Origin: Selaginella moellendorffii
Taxonomy: Eukaryota; Plantae; Lycopodiophyta
Assembly (NCBI RefSeq): GCF_000143415.4
Contig: NW_003314313.1
Location: 497,365 to 561,364, forward strand
DNA: 64,000 nt
Reading direction: 5' to 3'
Part shown: positions 38,815 through 50,727 of the stretch, one piece after another
How positions within the stretch are numbered: the first letter of the stretch is position 1
Layout: every line of letters begins with the position of its first letter
Translations under genes and position numbers: made by a program
Notes under the pieces: generated by a model
Databases searched by the model: none
Seen by the model: only the letters and a program-made list of their open reading frames with translations
Told to the model about the DNA's origin: nothing

Positions 38815-40467
38815 ATGGCGCCCCACGCTCTCGACTCCATTCCTACAATCGGTACGCTCCCAAATTCCTCTCGCGCGCGCAAGATTTCCATCTATCACGC
38901 TTGCGTTTTTCCAGATGTGGAGCCACTGGTGAGGCGATTCGATGATCCCGGCCTTGGCGCTTTTCCGGATGTGAGAGACGTGATCGAGCAGCTCGATCAC
39001 GCTTGCAGGAACATTGGGTTCTTCTACGCGGTACGATTTAGACTCTCGCGATCGATCGATCGATCTACTTTCACGGAATTCAAGCAAATTTCTCGCTCCT
39101 TTTTTCTTTCAGGCAGGCCATGGCGTCTCTCGAGAGCTTATGGACGATGTCCGGAGTTTAAGCCACGAATTTTTCAAGCTTCCAGACTGTGACAAAATGC
39201 GAATCAAGATGACTCCTTCGAGCGGCTATCGGTAAAGAGCTAGAAATCCTCGTTCTTAGTTTTTTTTTTTTCAACCAGGGGATACCAAAAGCTTGGAGAA
39301 AACGTATCGTATGGCATGCACGACTGTCACGAAGCCATTGATGTAAGGTTTCCATTGAAGTTGACGAAGCTTTCATGCTCGGGGAAATTTCTCCTTTGGC
39401 AGTACTTTCGAGAACTTGGACCAGAGATCCAGGATCTAGAACTCGCAAAAACGGTGATGGGTCCAAACCAATGGTAAACACCAAGGTAGAAAGCTCCAGC
39501 AGCAGTTAATCTTGGTTTCATTTCGTTCTCTTCTCGCAGGCCAGAGAATCCAAAGCGTTTTCGTGCAGTGATGGAGGATTACGTTGATCAATTGCGAGGT
39601 AAACAGTTTCTTTCTGGCAAAAAGTTTATTTTCTCTCGTTTTTGTTTTTCTTTGTAGGATTGTCAAAGGCGATATTGCGAGGGGTAGCACTGGCTTTGGG
39701 TGGCGAAGCTGACACTTTTGAGGGCTCCAGAGCTGGGGATCCATTCTGGATACTGCGAGTCATTGGTTATCCACCGAAAGATTCACTGGAGAGTCCAGAA
39801 AGTTTTGGAATAGGATGGTAAGTTCTCCTTCGTTTTCCGACCAAAGAAAAGTATTAACTGTTGGGAGTTCTTTGTTTCTAGTGGTGAACATACTGACTAC
39901 GGTGAGATTTGGATCGATATCAATTGGTCTTTTTTTGAGTTCTTTGTTCTTACAGGTCTGCTCACTCTTGTCAATCAAGATCCTGAAATTCCTGCTCTAC
40001 AGGTAAGAATGTTGGCTTGATTTTGTTAAGTTTCTTATGTTGATCCGTGCTTAAAGGTGAAGAACTGCTCAGGAAAGTGGCTGTGGGCGGATCCTGTGCC
40101 AGGAACGTTTGTTGTCAACATTGGTGACATGCTAAAAGTACGTCCTCGCAAAATAATCTTCCAGGCTCCTCTCAAAAAACTTCTTTTTAATTTGCTGTGG
40201 GGGATTTTAGATCTGGAGCAATGGAACATATCAGCCTACTCTTCACAGAGTGCTCAACAGTGCCATGGATTTCAGAGTTTCTGTGCCATTCTTCTACGAG
40301 GTTAAAGTTTTTGGTGTGTACTTTTGACAAACTTTTTTCTTTTCCAGCCAAATTTCGATACAAAGGTGGAGCCTTTAAGTTTTTGTCTTGGAAACTCTAA
40401 GGAGGAGGAGAAGCCAGTCGTCTACGGTGAACATCTCGTGAAAAAAGTCCTCACAAACTTTGCTTGA
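38815..40467 (+). CDS. 2-oxoglutarate/Fe(II) dioxygenase, multi-exon
   Basis: IPTIDV..ACRNIGFFYA.GHGV, GEHTDYGLLTLVNQD (HxD), PVPGTFVVNIGDML.IWSNG..HRV and RVSVPFFYEP. Confidence 0.92.
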
Positions 40468-40540
40468 GAAAGCTGGGGTTTTTGTCCCTCCGATTGATCC
40501 AAAGCTCCCTCGATCTTGCCACAGAAAATTCGATCCCAAA

Positions 40541-41020
40541 TCAGTAGAAGTATCCCAAAATCCGGCCACCAAGGTTCTTTTTCTTGGCTTCTCGGTGATC
40601 CATGACACCCAGGAAATTCGTGATCACAAGGTGACCAACCTTCCAAGAACAAAAAAGGATTTTAGCATAAAGAAAATTCATACTTCTTATTCTACCTCTG
40701 GAGCTGGGAGAATTTGTCTCGCCCACGCATCGATCCTGCGCGACTTCGTATCAAATCGCTGCGACAGCAGCACGCATTTCTTGAGCTTGTCCGTGATCTC
40801 GACGGTGATGTGCCCTGGAGTGTGTCCGCCGTGCCTCTGGAAATTTTCCACAAACCCTGCTTCGACATGGAAACACTCCAATCACCCAAAGCGATCCGAT
40901 CCCCATACCTTGCTTCTTCATCACCTCCAGGAACCTCAGTACCAGATTGGACGACGGCCTGATCACCGCATTCTTCCTGCCCAGCCGCGCAGCATCGTTG
41001 AGCGAGCTCAACCTCACCAT
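40541..41020 (-). CDS. RPS15A: Divergent ribosomal protein S15a (uS8), 3 exons
   Basis: Spliced product MVRLSSLNDA..GRKNAVIRPSS..LRFLEVMKKQGFVENFQ..GHITVEI..KLKKC..SQRFD..W..ILP..VGHLVITNFLGVMDHREAKKKNLGGRILGYFY. Confidence 0.85.
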
Positions 41021-41314
41021 GGCCCTGAAACCCTAAGAGTTTATTATTAACAACAATAAAATAATTTGGCAAGAGTCTATACAATACTATTAGTTTTATA
41101 AATTATATTAATAATTTATAAACAATGTTTATTAGATGTATAATATCTTAAAATATTCAAATTACATAATCTTTCAAACTCTAGACAGTGAAACTTAATA
41201 GTTTTCTCAAACCGCAGGCTTACTATGCAACATAATCGAGGAGCAAGTACAGCTGGTGGGGATCTCTAATCTTGGAGCTCTGCTCATGCACACTCCAATA
41301 CAAGCTAAAGAGGC

Positions 41315-41540
41315 TTGCGAGTATATTTGTCACCGGATGTTCTTGGCCAAGCAACTACACTCAAGATGTGGTTTCTGTGGGGCCTCGAGCTCATTCTCTA
41401 TGAGCTTGTCCGGGAAGTGTTCCGTTCTCAGAATACCTTAGACAGCGTGGGTGTGTCGAGGGAGGCTCAGGGTTTGATCATTTGGATGTTGGAGGTTGAT
41501 CCGGGCAAGAGGCTGACTGTGGAGCAACTGCTTATCGTAA
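41315..41540 (+). pseudogene. Ser/Thr (CAMK/CDPK-like) kinase C-lobe fragment
   Basis: YLSPDVL..WGLELILYEL..VSREAQGLIIWMLEVDPGKRLTVEQLL resembles subdomains VIII-XI; the rest is absent. Confidence 0.5.
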
Positions 41541-41789
41541 GAACACTAGCGAGCAGCCTACCAACCTTGCAGGATTATGTAAGACCAATCACAAAGAAAT
41601 TATTTCTAAATTATGAAATCCCCATATAAAATCAAAGATGTTCAATTGCCATTTGGTTTTATCACGAAGTTTTGTTTCCCGTTGCTATTCATGTAGCAAA
41701 ATGTCAGAATCAGCTTGACTTGTATGAACAAAACATACATATGATTATTTATCGTGGCAAGTTGCAGAACACCTTGTGTCACTTGTGTG

Positions 41790-41995
41790 CAGCAAATGCC
41801 GAGTCAAGGCATTCCAGGGAATCTAAAGAATATGTAATGTTGATCACTTTTGAGTTTCAAAATTGCTGATTACGCCTTTCGCTTTTGTGGCCTGCCTGCC
41901 TCGAGTCGGCAATCTCCATAATCAAAGAGAATGCAATGGCAGCGGAAAACGGGCGTTGCTTCCACTTCTTTCTCAGTATGGCATGGTGTCTAAAT
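41790..41995 (+). pseudogene. Inverted partial duplicate of the 43044-43690 membrane-protein locus
   Basis: CLESAISIIKENAMAAENGRCFHFFL vs CLQSGISLIKEDATPVEKGRCFHFLL; shared AGGGAATCTAAAGAATAT upstream. Confidence 0.65.
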
Positions 41996-43043
41996 CAGGC
42001 TACTGAGCATCCACGCTTCTGGCAATCCTTCCATAGCAAAGGAACATCTCCATCAAGAAAAAGTGAAGAGAAAACTTCCCAAGCTCGAAATGAACTATAC
42101 AAGTTTTTAAATACCTGGAACCACACCAGCAAAAATGCCGTCGTCGTCCCCAACGTGAGCAAAATCCGCGAACAACTGCAAATCGAGCTCACATCCACGG
42201 ATCATCTGGGTGATATGCCAAGAACTTGGCTGTTTTGGATGCACCTATACAGGCAAGAACAAAATCTAGAGAAAAAACGAAGAAGAAAGATAATCTTACC
42301 AGTTGACTTTGAGGCCCTTGCGGGAGAATCCATGGCGGCCTCTACTCCAATCGGCAGAGCACCACTGCGCCAGGGCTTGTAAGCGTGATGCGTGGAGTGG
42401 CCTTTGGAGAGTGGACAAGGTCAAGGCGCTGGAGGCTGTCAGGAGGAGGAGAGAAAGCACCACCGTGATCTATGCCCAACGGCGCCGCTGGTGGCGCCGC
42501 CGCCCACTCGTGGTGTTGCTGCAGCCCACGAACTATCTATCTATCTCTCTTCTGTTTCTACATCGAGAAGCATGAGACATTATGTAATGCAAGGCATGCA
42601 GTTTCAAAATTTCCACCTCCTCACCATCTTCCTCCCTCCGCCCCTGCTATCAATTCTTGACTTGGCACCATGCCAGTCGTGACTTTCACTCGCTTTGATG
42701 AGATCAGACGCCGTCGGAGGAGTTTTCCACGCCACTCGAGTCCGCGTCACTCCAAAGACGCGAAGCCAAGGAGGGCGACGCTCCTCAAGCGCGGGCACAG
42801 CCAGGCAAGCTCGTCAGCGGTGGCGGACGATCACGGCCCCGATTCCACCTGGGTGGACGTGAAGGAGAAGCGGAGAAAGGACAAGAAATCCAAGAGCAAG
42901 AAGAATCCTCCAACGCAGGGAGAGACAGCGACTTGCTAGTTAGAACAAACAAAAGCTTTTGGATGTTTTACCACAAGAAATGAAATTCTTTTACACTTTT
43001 TGTAGGCGATTACCACACGAAATGGAATTCTTGTGTTCTTTCT

Positions 43044-43574
43044 TCACTTTTTGTATAGACTGTACCCATACCCATTAGCAAGAAAGATGATGGCGAAAAT
43101 AGTTCCTCTCAGTGGAATCCTTTGGAACAACTTTTTCAAGGAAGTAACGAAGATTAGAATTCCAAGAAGTAAAAATGCACCCACGGTTGACCACGTTGCG
43201 ATCATGTTGCTAACGTCGTAGACAATGTAGAGGAGGCTGAAAAAGAGTGGTGTCATCATCACGGACAAGCTCATAAAGAAGATCATCCAAATAGAGATCA
43301 TGAGCTTTTTGACCTCAGAAGTGTTTCCTTGTTCATTCTCACCGATCGCTATTAGACACCATGCTAATCCAATCACTGAGATGGCTGCAGCGAGAAGAAA
43401 GTGGAAGCAGCGCCCCTTTTCCACTGGCGTTGCATCTTCTTTGATGAGGGAGATTCCAGATTGGAGGCATGTAGAAGCCACAAAAGTGAAAGGCGTAATC
43501 AGCACTTCGACAAGCCTCAATGCTTCTCTGCCAGGGCTAGCATTAGCTTCTGCAATCCTTCCCACTTCTTCCAT
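43044..43574 (-). CDS. Hypothetical multi-pass membrane protein
   Basis: Open frame with 4-5 hydrophobic segments; no family recognised; start codon uncertain. Confidence 0.45.
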   Translation of the reverse strand: MEEVGRIAEANASPGREALRLVEVLITPFTFVASTCLQSGISLIKEDATPVEKGRCFHFLLAAAISVIGLAWCLIAIGENEQGNTSEVKKLMISIWMIFFMSLSVMMTPLFFSLLYIVYDVSNMIATWSTVGAFLLLGILIFVTSLKKLFQRIPLRGTIFAIIFLANGYGYSLYKK

Positions 43575-44465
43575 GAAGCTCCCCTTCAAGCTGCCGATTT
43601 TGTCGAGGGGGGTGATAAGAGCGTCACCCAGCAATATTCTTTAGATTCCCTAGAATATCTTGACTTGGCATCTGCTGACACAGCAAGCCTATGAGTTTGT
43701 CAAATTATAAAAAGAAAACCTAAGATTAACTTTAAAATATTGAAATATATAAGTACCTAAGTCAAAGTTTCTAAATTTTATGATTTCTAAAGCTATATTG
43801 CTTTACTATAAACTGCAACATTCTAAAAAAACGTAAATGTGAATCGGATAAAATAAGCTCAAACATTTTGATAGTTAGCCATTATTAATGTATTTTGGCA
43901 AAAGATTTCTCTTAAGTGCCACCTATGTAGATGCTTGGAGCATGTGGTAAACTCACCACCCTATGCTCCACTACAAGTGCCACTGACGGGAGTGTTGTTT
44001 TATAGATGTTATAAATTTGACACTACATTATTTTGTGTAAGTCACTAAAAAGAACAATTTGAAAAACAATTTATTATGGTTCAAAATATGAAGGGAAGGT
44101 GTTCATAAATAAAAATGCATTTTTTTTTATTCAGTTAAAGGTGCCCCACCTAGGCATATGCATCTAGCAGAGGTCTTAAAAATTTTAGGATTACATGTTT
44201 TTTGAGTTTAAATAGTATTAAGCTTTATGTCCTTTTAGGAATTTTGATTTCATGAGTTTATATTTGGTATTAAAGAGGTCTCAAATTTGACTATATTAGT
44301 TGGTTAGAAGAATCATTAATATTGATATCTAGCAATTTAATTTTTTTTGGTTGGGTTAGATTTAAGAAGTAGGGTGTTTAGAGAGTTGAGAGCCCTCTTA
44401 ACTTCCATTCATGCCCTCAAACAATTGTAGTTCAAATATAAAGAGAAAGGGTTTATGAATAAAAA

Positions 44466-45651
44466 TAGTGATTAATTTTTCCATTCTACTTTAGTCATTT
44501 AACCACACCTTCAACCACTTGGAGGAGTCTTATTTACAACCTCCATAAGTCCAATTCAGGATTTTGGGGCTTGCTAGCCCCGAGAATGGCATCCATGCCA
44601 CTTGACTTTTGCACTTGGTCCAAGTGCTCCACGTGTTCGATCCCATAACCGGCACTCAAAGGTACCACCGACATATTAGCCCGTTACTCTAAGACCATGC
44701 TCAATCACCTTTGCCATATTAGTGGTCCAATACCACATGTATCATAGTCCTGTCTCTTTAAGACTTGGCCATCTATCCATGAGTGATCATCGTATATCCA
44801 CTCTTTAACATCTTTAGGATGCCCACAGATATGGAGAACAATCTTCCCCAATATCCCTGTTTTAGTCCCCACTAAATCCCTTTTTGCCCATGGCCGTGTT
44901 TCTGCCATTAAAACAAGGCTTGTAAGCCCGACCTCTAAGTCCCATTGTCCTCTAGGGATTCCTCACTGTGTGACCATATCTTTAGTCACTGCACTAAAGG
45001 ACTACTCCTCTTTTTTTCACAGTCTGGGACTTTGGGACAACATTTCGGAACACCATGGCCTTACACAAGCCTCATGGGTACTCTCCCCACCTTCCACCTT
45101 TGGATGCTCTAGCCATGGGCTTAGAGCGAGGTTCTGTTGAGCCATACTAAGTATCCAAGTAGGTAGTGCCACTCACACTTGAACTGGGAGCATTGACCAT
45201 TCAATCTCCCAGGGGAACTAGAGCTGGCTCTTGAACACCTCATTAAGTTACCCCATTTGATACTCCGTATTCACTCTAGCCTTAGACTTCCTAGTGGTTA
45301 TCCTATCACCCAACACTTGGGTACATCCTTCCTAGGCCAAACTAGCTCCAAATTGGCTCCACTAGGTCCAACTCCACACTCTCCCTACTATACTTTTGGA
45401 ACCCCCTATAGGCTCCCCCCCCCCAAGGGAACGATTGCTTTGGGCTTTCACCCAATAGCCTGTATTAGTATTCGAACTTGGACTTGGACTCGGACTGGGT
45501 CTCAGTTTCGGTCTTGATTCCATCTCGGACTCCATCTCAAGTCCATCTCAGATTCCATCTCAGACTCTATCTCAGATCCATCTCGGACTCCATTTCGGAC
45601 TCCATCTCAGATCCATTTTGGACTCCATCTCGGACTCCATCTTGGGTCTAT
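44466..45651 (-). mobile_element. Diverged solo-LTR-like copy of family B, left part
   Basis: Colinear with 8533-9760 (TAATTTTTCCATT.TACTTTAGTCA.TTAACCACACC...), ending inside the GGACTCCATCTC array. Confidence 0.9.
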
Positions 45652-45675
45652 AAGCTCTATTTCGTTAAAGTGGGA
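45652..45675 (+). repeat. Left terminal inverted repeat
   Basis: Exact reverse complement of 57988-58011. Confidence 0.95.
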
Positions 45676-46340
45676 TTTATTCAGTAAAATGGGACTAGGT
45701 ACAAATTTTCAAGTATTTGAAAATGACGTGAAATTATATGTTTTTTGTCCAGGGGCTAGACATATCTAGGGCATGGTGACTAGCGCGGTGACTTTGTGTC
45801 CAGACTGAGTCCATTTGGTTGTATAATAAATCTCATTGTCAAGGTGAACAAGCCGAATCTGAAGCTAAAGAAGAGCGATGGCATGCGCGCACACACTATT
45901 TGTTTGTTCATTGAGCATGTGGTGAGCTTTCCAAGATGAACGTCATTCCTATTAGCCAGACATATAACTTAATGGTGAGAACATTTAGATATTATTCAAT
46001 GTTATCTTTTTCTAACGAATCTAATTGTGAAGGTGTAGCAAGAGGCATTGCTAGTCTGGAGAAGTCATTTAACTCATTTGACCCTTAGTGTATTTTCATG
46101 AAACTAAATAACATTCATATTATTAAGGAATTTCTCTAGTACCTTTTTTTTACGACATAGAGGCTTGCATTTCTTTCAAAGGTGATTTAGTAAAAGGCCT
46201 GAGGGCACATGCCATTCTATTTCTCAGACCGGTATTAAGATATACTAGTGCAAAGGGCCACATGCCATCACGCCTCCTCTGATTCAGATTCGGATTGTTC
46301 ACCTTGAAATAAAATACATTAGAAACTTAGTAAAGGAATA

Positions 46341-49300
46341 TTAATGAATCTCACCTTGAACCCGGGTTATGAATGCTCTTGCTGCATCTCTTGCATGGTC
46401 TGGCAAGGTGATGGTGGCACTCTGCTTCCGCATCCAACCATGCACAACATTATCCACCGATATGCTCATGCTGGGATCCCTTGGATTCAGCACCCATCTC
46501 TTTTCTAGGCAATCCTTCGTATATCCGGAACTTGGCTTGAACCACTCCACAGTTACATTGAAGGAGTTAGTTTCCGCGTCCTCCTCTGCATCAATGATGC
46601 AGCGCCCCACCCATATCATTTGTTTTTTATTACTGGGTCTGACAAGCACGACCATTCCTTTGCAGACCTGTACTGGATTGAATGCTGAATCCGGCTTCTT
46701 GTTCCTCAGCCCACAATAGTGATCCTCAACATCGTTATCTGTCACTGCATTTCCAGAGGACATTGTTCCGCTACTATCTGGTGCTCTGGGTTCTGGCCAA
46801 AAGGACTCTTCCAATTCTTCATATACAACCGGCCCATTTTGGATAGCAGATATAATCTTCTCCCAGTATTCGAGCAAAGGCTTGCACCTCTTAAAATAGG
46901 ATTCTCCACCAAACACCAACCCCCTCTTCCAGAAGGCAATATGCTGTCTAATCCCGGCCACTATACTTTCCTGGTCTTTGAGTCCATCCGGGTGCATCGG
47001 CCGTGGGGAACCCTGAGGAATCATAGGTTCCCCAGTTATGGGATCTCTCTTGAAGAGTTCAATGCCGTCCACTGGCAGCCACACTATGTCCCATTCTCTC
47101 ATCTTGTACCTCATCACTGGAGCACCGTCACGCATGCTGAAATGAAACTGAAGAGGCTTGGAGTGGCCAATCAGCGTTTCGGATCCGTCCCTGATGTAGC
47201 CTCTTACAAACCCCTTAAAGTCTGGAACCTCTATCACAAGTGCAGCTTCAACAGTGCCTTTGATGCAATTTTGGAATTCATCGTAGAGTTGTGGGAGGGT
47301 GAGGACATTGGATCGCCGGAGGGACTCTGCCAGGTGACTGAACATGGCATCGACGTCTTCATGAGTGTGCCCAACTATGAGAAAGCCAAGTGTAACTGTT
47401 TCAAATATGCCTTTGGCAACAAGCATCGCCAAGTACGCGAAGACGTACATGTTTTTGTTCTCACTGCCAGCATTGTCTGTTTGGAGCAGAAGATGGGGTG
47501 GAAGGCCACATCGGCCGCAAGAACTTCCTTGAGATTCTGCTTCGTTTGGATGAGGCTGTCCATTCACCGGGCGACCAGCCTCGTCGGAATGGCATGAGGC
47601 CTCACGTGATAACCCTACAATTTGACGGCCAACATATTCACTGGGATGGCATGGGGCCCCACGCGATACTGCAAGCCTTTGCTCCTCCTCCAGCTGAACC
47701 CTGTATGGGGTTCGATCGACAAGGGCCTTATGCAAGGGTTGGCCGTTCAACTCAGTCTGCGCACTTTGTAGAGACCTTAAGTGTTTTGCTAGGGATGCAA
47801 TCATCATGTTTGCACCCCCGCCACCCCATAGAGGTACAAAGAAGTTCCCATAGTTCTGGGCACCATGCCCATGAGCGATTATGCCAAACAGAGACACAGG
47901 CAGCTGCATGGATGAAGAGATTGCCTTGGGGGCAGGATTGAGTCGAGGTAAACACGTCTTTTTCTGGTCCATTTTGTCGTGGATGATGCAGAGGTAAGAG
48001 TCAGGTCTCTCCATGGAGAGAATCCTGTTATGATAATATGCAGTCCTGCAACTTCTGTGCTCGATGTTGTGGTCGAGCCGCCTTCTAACCAACGTCTCTC
48101 GCTCTTGAGCGCTGCAAGAATTCTTCGACAAAGCCATTTTGATAGCAGTGCACTCGTCACACTTTGAAAAGCTGGAGTACTTTCCTATACTCACATCCCT
48201 GAATCTGTTGCTCCACAATCTACTAAATCTAGATTGGCTCAGCTTCCTGTAGCCATTACTCTGGAGTTCCCGATTCACATCTTCCAATATGGCCCCCTTG
48301 GTATACATGGAAGGGAGAACTCGTTGGGTGTCTCGTGTTCCATCTTCCAAGAGGCAGGTTTTATGTGGTTGCTGCTCGCTACATGTCTCGACAAACCTCT
48401 TGAAGATTGCCTCTCCATATACAACATGACCCCTGGTTTTGTGCGTACCGTCGTTCCCATGGACTGCCTGTTGAACCCTTTGTTCCTCGAACTCAGTTTT
48501 GATTCTGTAGAATGTGCTTCGAGGGACTCCATAAATGATTCTCCATGCCTTCATGCAGACCAAACCCCTCTGGAAGACCATGCCCCCCACCTGATGTTCT
48601 GAAGCATCAACAGATGACCGTAATGCCTCATACACAAAATTGCGAGCTGCCTTCCAGGACAATGTCTTGTATCTTGCTCTCTCCTCTTCAATAGCATCCC
48701 AATCAGCATGTTGACAGCACCTCCTCTTGCAACAAGCAACTGTCGAGACCATTCGAACCTCCATCGCCATTTTCTGCCTTTTCGGTTCGTTGCTCAGATC
48801 CCTTTGGCTGCGCTGTAGGAAGGTGTACTTTCTTTTCCCATGAAGAGATGTTCTGTCATCAGTTGTAGTGGTGTTTGATTGTGAATCCTTCACATTCTCA
48901 AACACTAAATGCCTCAATTTCCACCGCACAATGCTTCCAATAGTCAGACTGTTTTCTTCTGTGTCAACAACCTCTAAAATCGCAACTCCAATATCATCCC
49001 AGCCCAATTCTTGATTAGCAACCGCCTCTCTTGGATCGACAACTGTGGCTAAGCCCTCAGCTACCACCTCCCCCTTGGGGTTGTTTAGAAACACCTTTGC
49101 CTGAATCCATGTAGCACGGTTCTTAAGATCCACGGAGGGAACATGCGTCGCACTTGCGCTGTCCCCAACATCTGCTTTCTTCTGCAGATTTTTCAAGGCA
49201 ACAACAACATTTACCCCGACGACCATCTCTCCTCGTTCAATAGCGACCACATTCCCATCGAAGACAGTCTCTACTGATACAGCAGCATTGCCTTCCCCAA

Positions 49301-49409
49301 GCCTTTGACAGTGTATAACAAAGTTCTGATCCATAGACACAAGGGTCCCTTTTGCAACTCTCTTCCCACCATTCAAAATGTAAACCTTTTCCCCAACCCT
49401 GAAGGCCAT
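46341..49409 (-). CDS. Sola-like DDD transposase, 1022 aa, uninterrupted frame
   Basis: KCDEC..H..H motif; IIHDKMDQ (D1), LLLQTDNAGSENKN (D2) and FLIVGHTHEDVDAMFS (D3). A splice acceptor sits just upstream of the ATG. Lies inside the TIRs. Confidence 0.82.
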   Translation of the reverse strand: MAFRVGEKVYILNGGKRVAKGTLVSMDQNFVIHCQRLGEGNAAVSVETVFDGNVVAIERGEMVVGVNVVVALKNLQKKADVGDSASATHVPSVDLKNRATWIQAKVFLNNPKGEVVAEGLATVVDPREAVANQELGWDDIGVAILEVVDTEENSLTIGSIVRWKLRHLVFENVKDSQSNTTTTDDRTSLHGKRKYTFLQRSQRDLSNEPKRQKMAMEVRMVSTVACCKRRCCQHADWDAIEEERARYKTLSWKAARNFVYEALRSSVDASEHQVGGMVFQRGLVCMKAWRIIYGVPRSTFYRIKTEFEEQRVQQAVHGNDGTHKTRGHVVYGEAIFKRFVETCSEQQPHKTCLLEDGTRDTQRVLPSMYTKGAILEDVNRELQSNGYRKLSQSRFSRLWSNRFRDVSIGKYSSFSKCDECTAIKMALSKNSCSAQERETLVRRRLDHNIEHRSCRTAYYHNRILSMERPDSYLCIIHDKMDQKKTCLPRLNPAPKAISSSMQLPVSLFGIIAHGHGAQNYGNFFVPLWGGGGANMMIASLAKHLRSLQSAQTELNGQPLHKALVDRTPYRVQLEEEQRLAVSRGAPCHPSEYVGRQIVGLSREASCHSDEAGRPVNGQPHPNEAESQGSSCGRCGLPPHLLLQTDNAGSENKNMYVFAYLAMLVAKGIFETVTLGFLIVGHTHEDVDAMFSHLAESLRRSNVLTLPQLYDEFQNCIKGTVEAALVIEVPDFKGFVRGYIRDGSETLIGHSKPLQFHFSMRDGAPVMRYKMREWDIVWLPVDGIELFKRDPITGEPMIPQGSPRPMHPDGLKDQESIVAGIRQHIAFWKRGLVFGGESYFKRCKPLLEYWEKIISAIQNGPVVYEELEESFWPEPRAPDSSGTMSSGNAVTDNDVEDHYCGLRNKKPDSAFNPVQVCKGMVVLVRPSNKKQMIWVGRCIIDAEEDAETNSFNVTVEWFKPSSGYTKDCLEKRWVLNPRDPSMSISVDNVVHGWMRKQSATITLPDHARDAARAFITRVQGEIH

Positions 49410-50695
49410 TCTGAAAGTGCAGAAAAGAAGTTAAGACCATACAAAAAATGATTGGAGAATGGCCTAAATCATAACATACCAAATAGCATGAGGCCACATG
49501 CCATTATTCAAACATGCTATTGACACCCACGTGAAATTTCGCATTCACAAAATTGGCATGAGGCCTCATGCCATCTTGATATACACACAGCTGCAGGCAA
49601 GTAAAAACATACATGACAATACGCTAGCCATGAAATTGCAAGGGCCCAAGATGGCATGTGGCCTCATGCCATTTGTAAATGTGGTCCTAAACCATTCCAT
49701 GGTGAACATACCAGGAAGCACAAGTGCCGAATATCAAGAGGAAGCGGTAGCCACACCAAAGACAGTGCCGCTCGCAACACCGCAACTACTCGTAGCGCCG
49801 CTCGCAACACCGCAACTGCTCGTAGCGCCGCTCGCACAAACTGCCACTCGCATAAACTGTCGCTCGCAATGGCGCTCGCAATGTCGCAACCGCTTGTAGA
49901 CGCATAAACCACAGCTCACAACGCCGCTTACACAAGCAGCGCTCACTGCGCTCAGCGGAACCAAGAACACGGCGCACAAAAATGATAGACCTAGGAATGA
50001 GTTCGAGAATTCAAAAATAACACACGCTTGAATGTCACATCAAATCCTCTGACAAACCAGATCTTATGATTCCTCTGACAAATTTCAAACTGAGTAGCTT
50101 CTAGACTTTGCTGTCGGAGGTTGAACTTTGTCACATCATGTCCTTGCCTCGATCCAACTGTGCCATGTCAGTGATTCGAACTTTGCCATGCCATGTCAGC
50201 GATCCGCGCCAAGATTATTCGCCATGTAAAGGAATAATTATGCTGTGTGTGTACGTCCATTTATGGCAATATAAGGCCACACGCCATTCAAAGAATAATG
50301 CTAGTCGAGCATTTTTTGGTGCATTTTTGGGTTCAAAATTGCATGAGCCCACACGCTATAAAGTTTACCTGTACCAAAAATAGAAACAGCTTTATTTACT
50401 TGGGAATTTAAGTGGTTGAGGCATTTTTAAACTTACAAACACATGCCCTACTTACATTCATTTGGTTGCTTAAAATTCAAAAATATTATAAACCTTTCTT
50501 TTTGCATTTTCAATGTTTTCAATTATGGTTTTTGATTTTCGCAGGACCAGCCTAGTAATCTATTTGCATCCTGTCATGTTTATAGCTAGCTTTCGTTTGT
50601 CCCCTTCGCTGGCCTGAGATACATCTGCTTGGAATCTGCCTCTTACAGCATTTGCCCAGAAAGGGCATCTTTCTTCACGCAGCATTTGCCACATG

Positions 50696-50727
50696 TTTAG
50701 GGTTAGGGTTTAGGGTTTAGGGTTTAG
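50696..50727 (+). repeat. Interstitial plant telomeric repeat (TTTAGGG)x4-5 inside the transposon
   Basis: TTTAGGG TTAGGG TTTAGGG TTTAGGG TTTAG. Confidence 0.9.
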
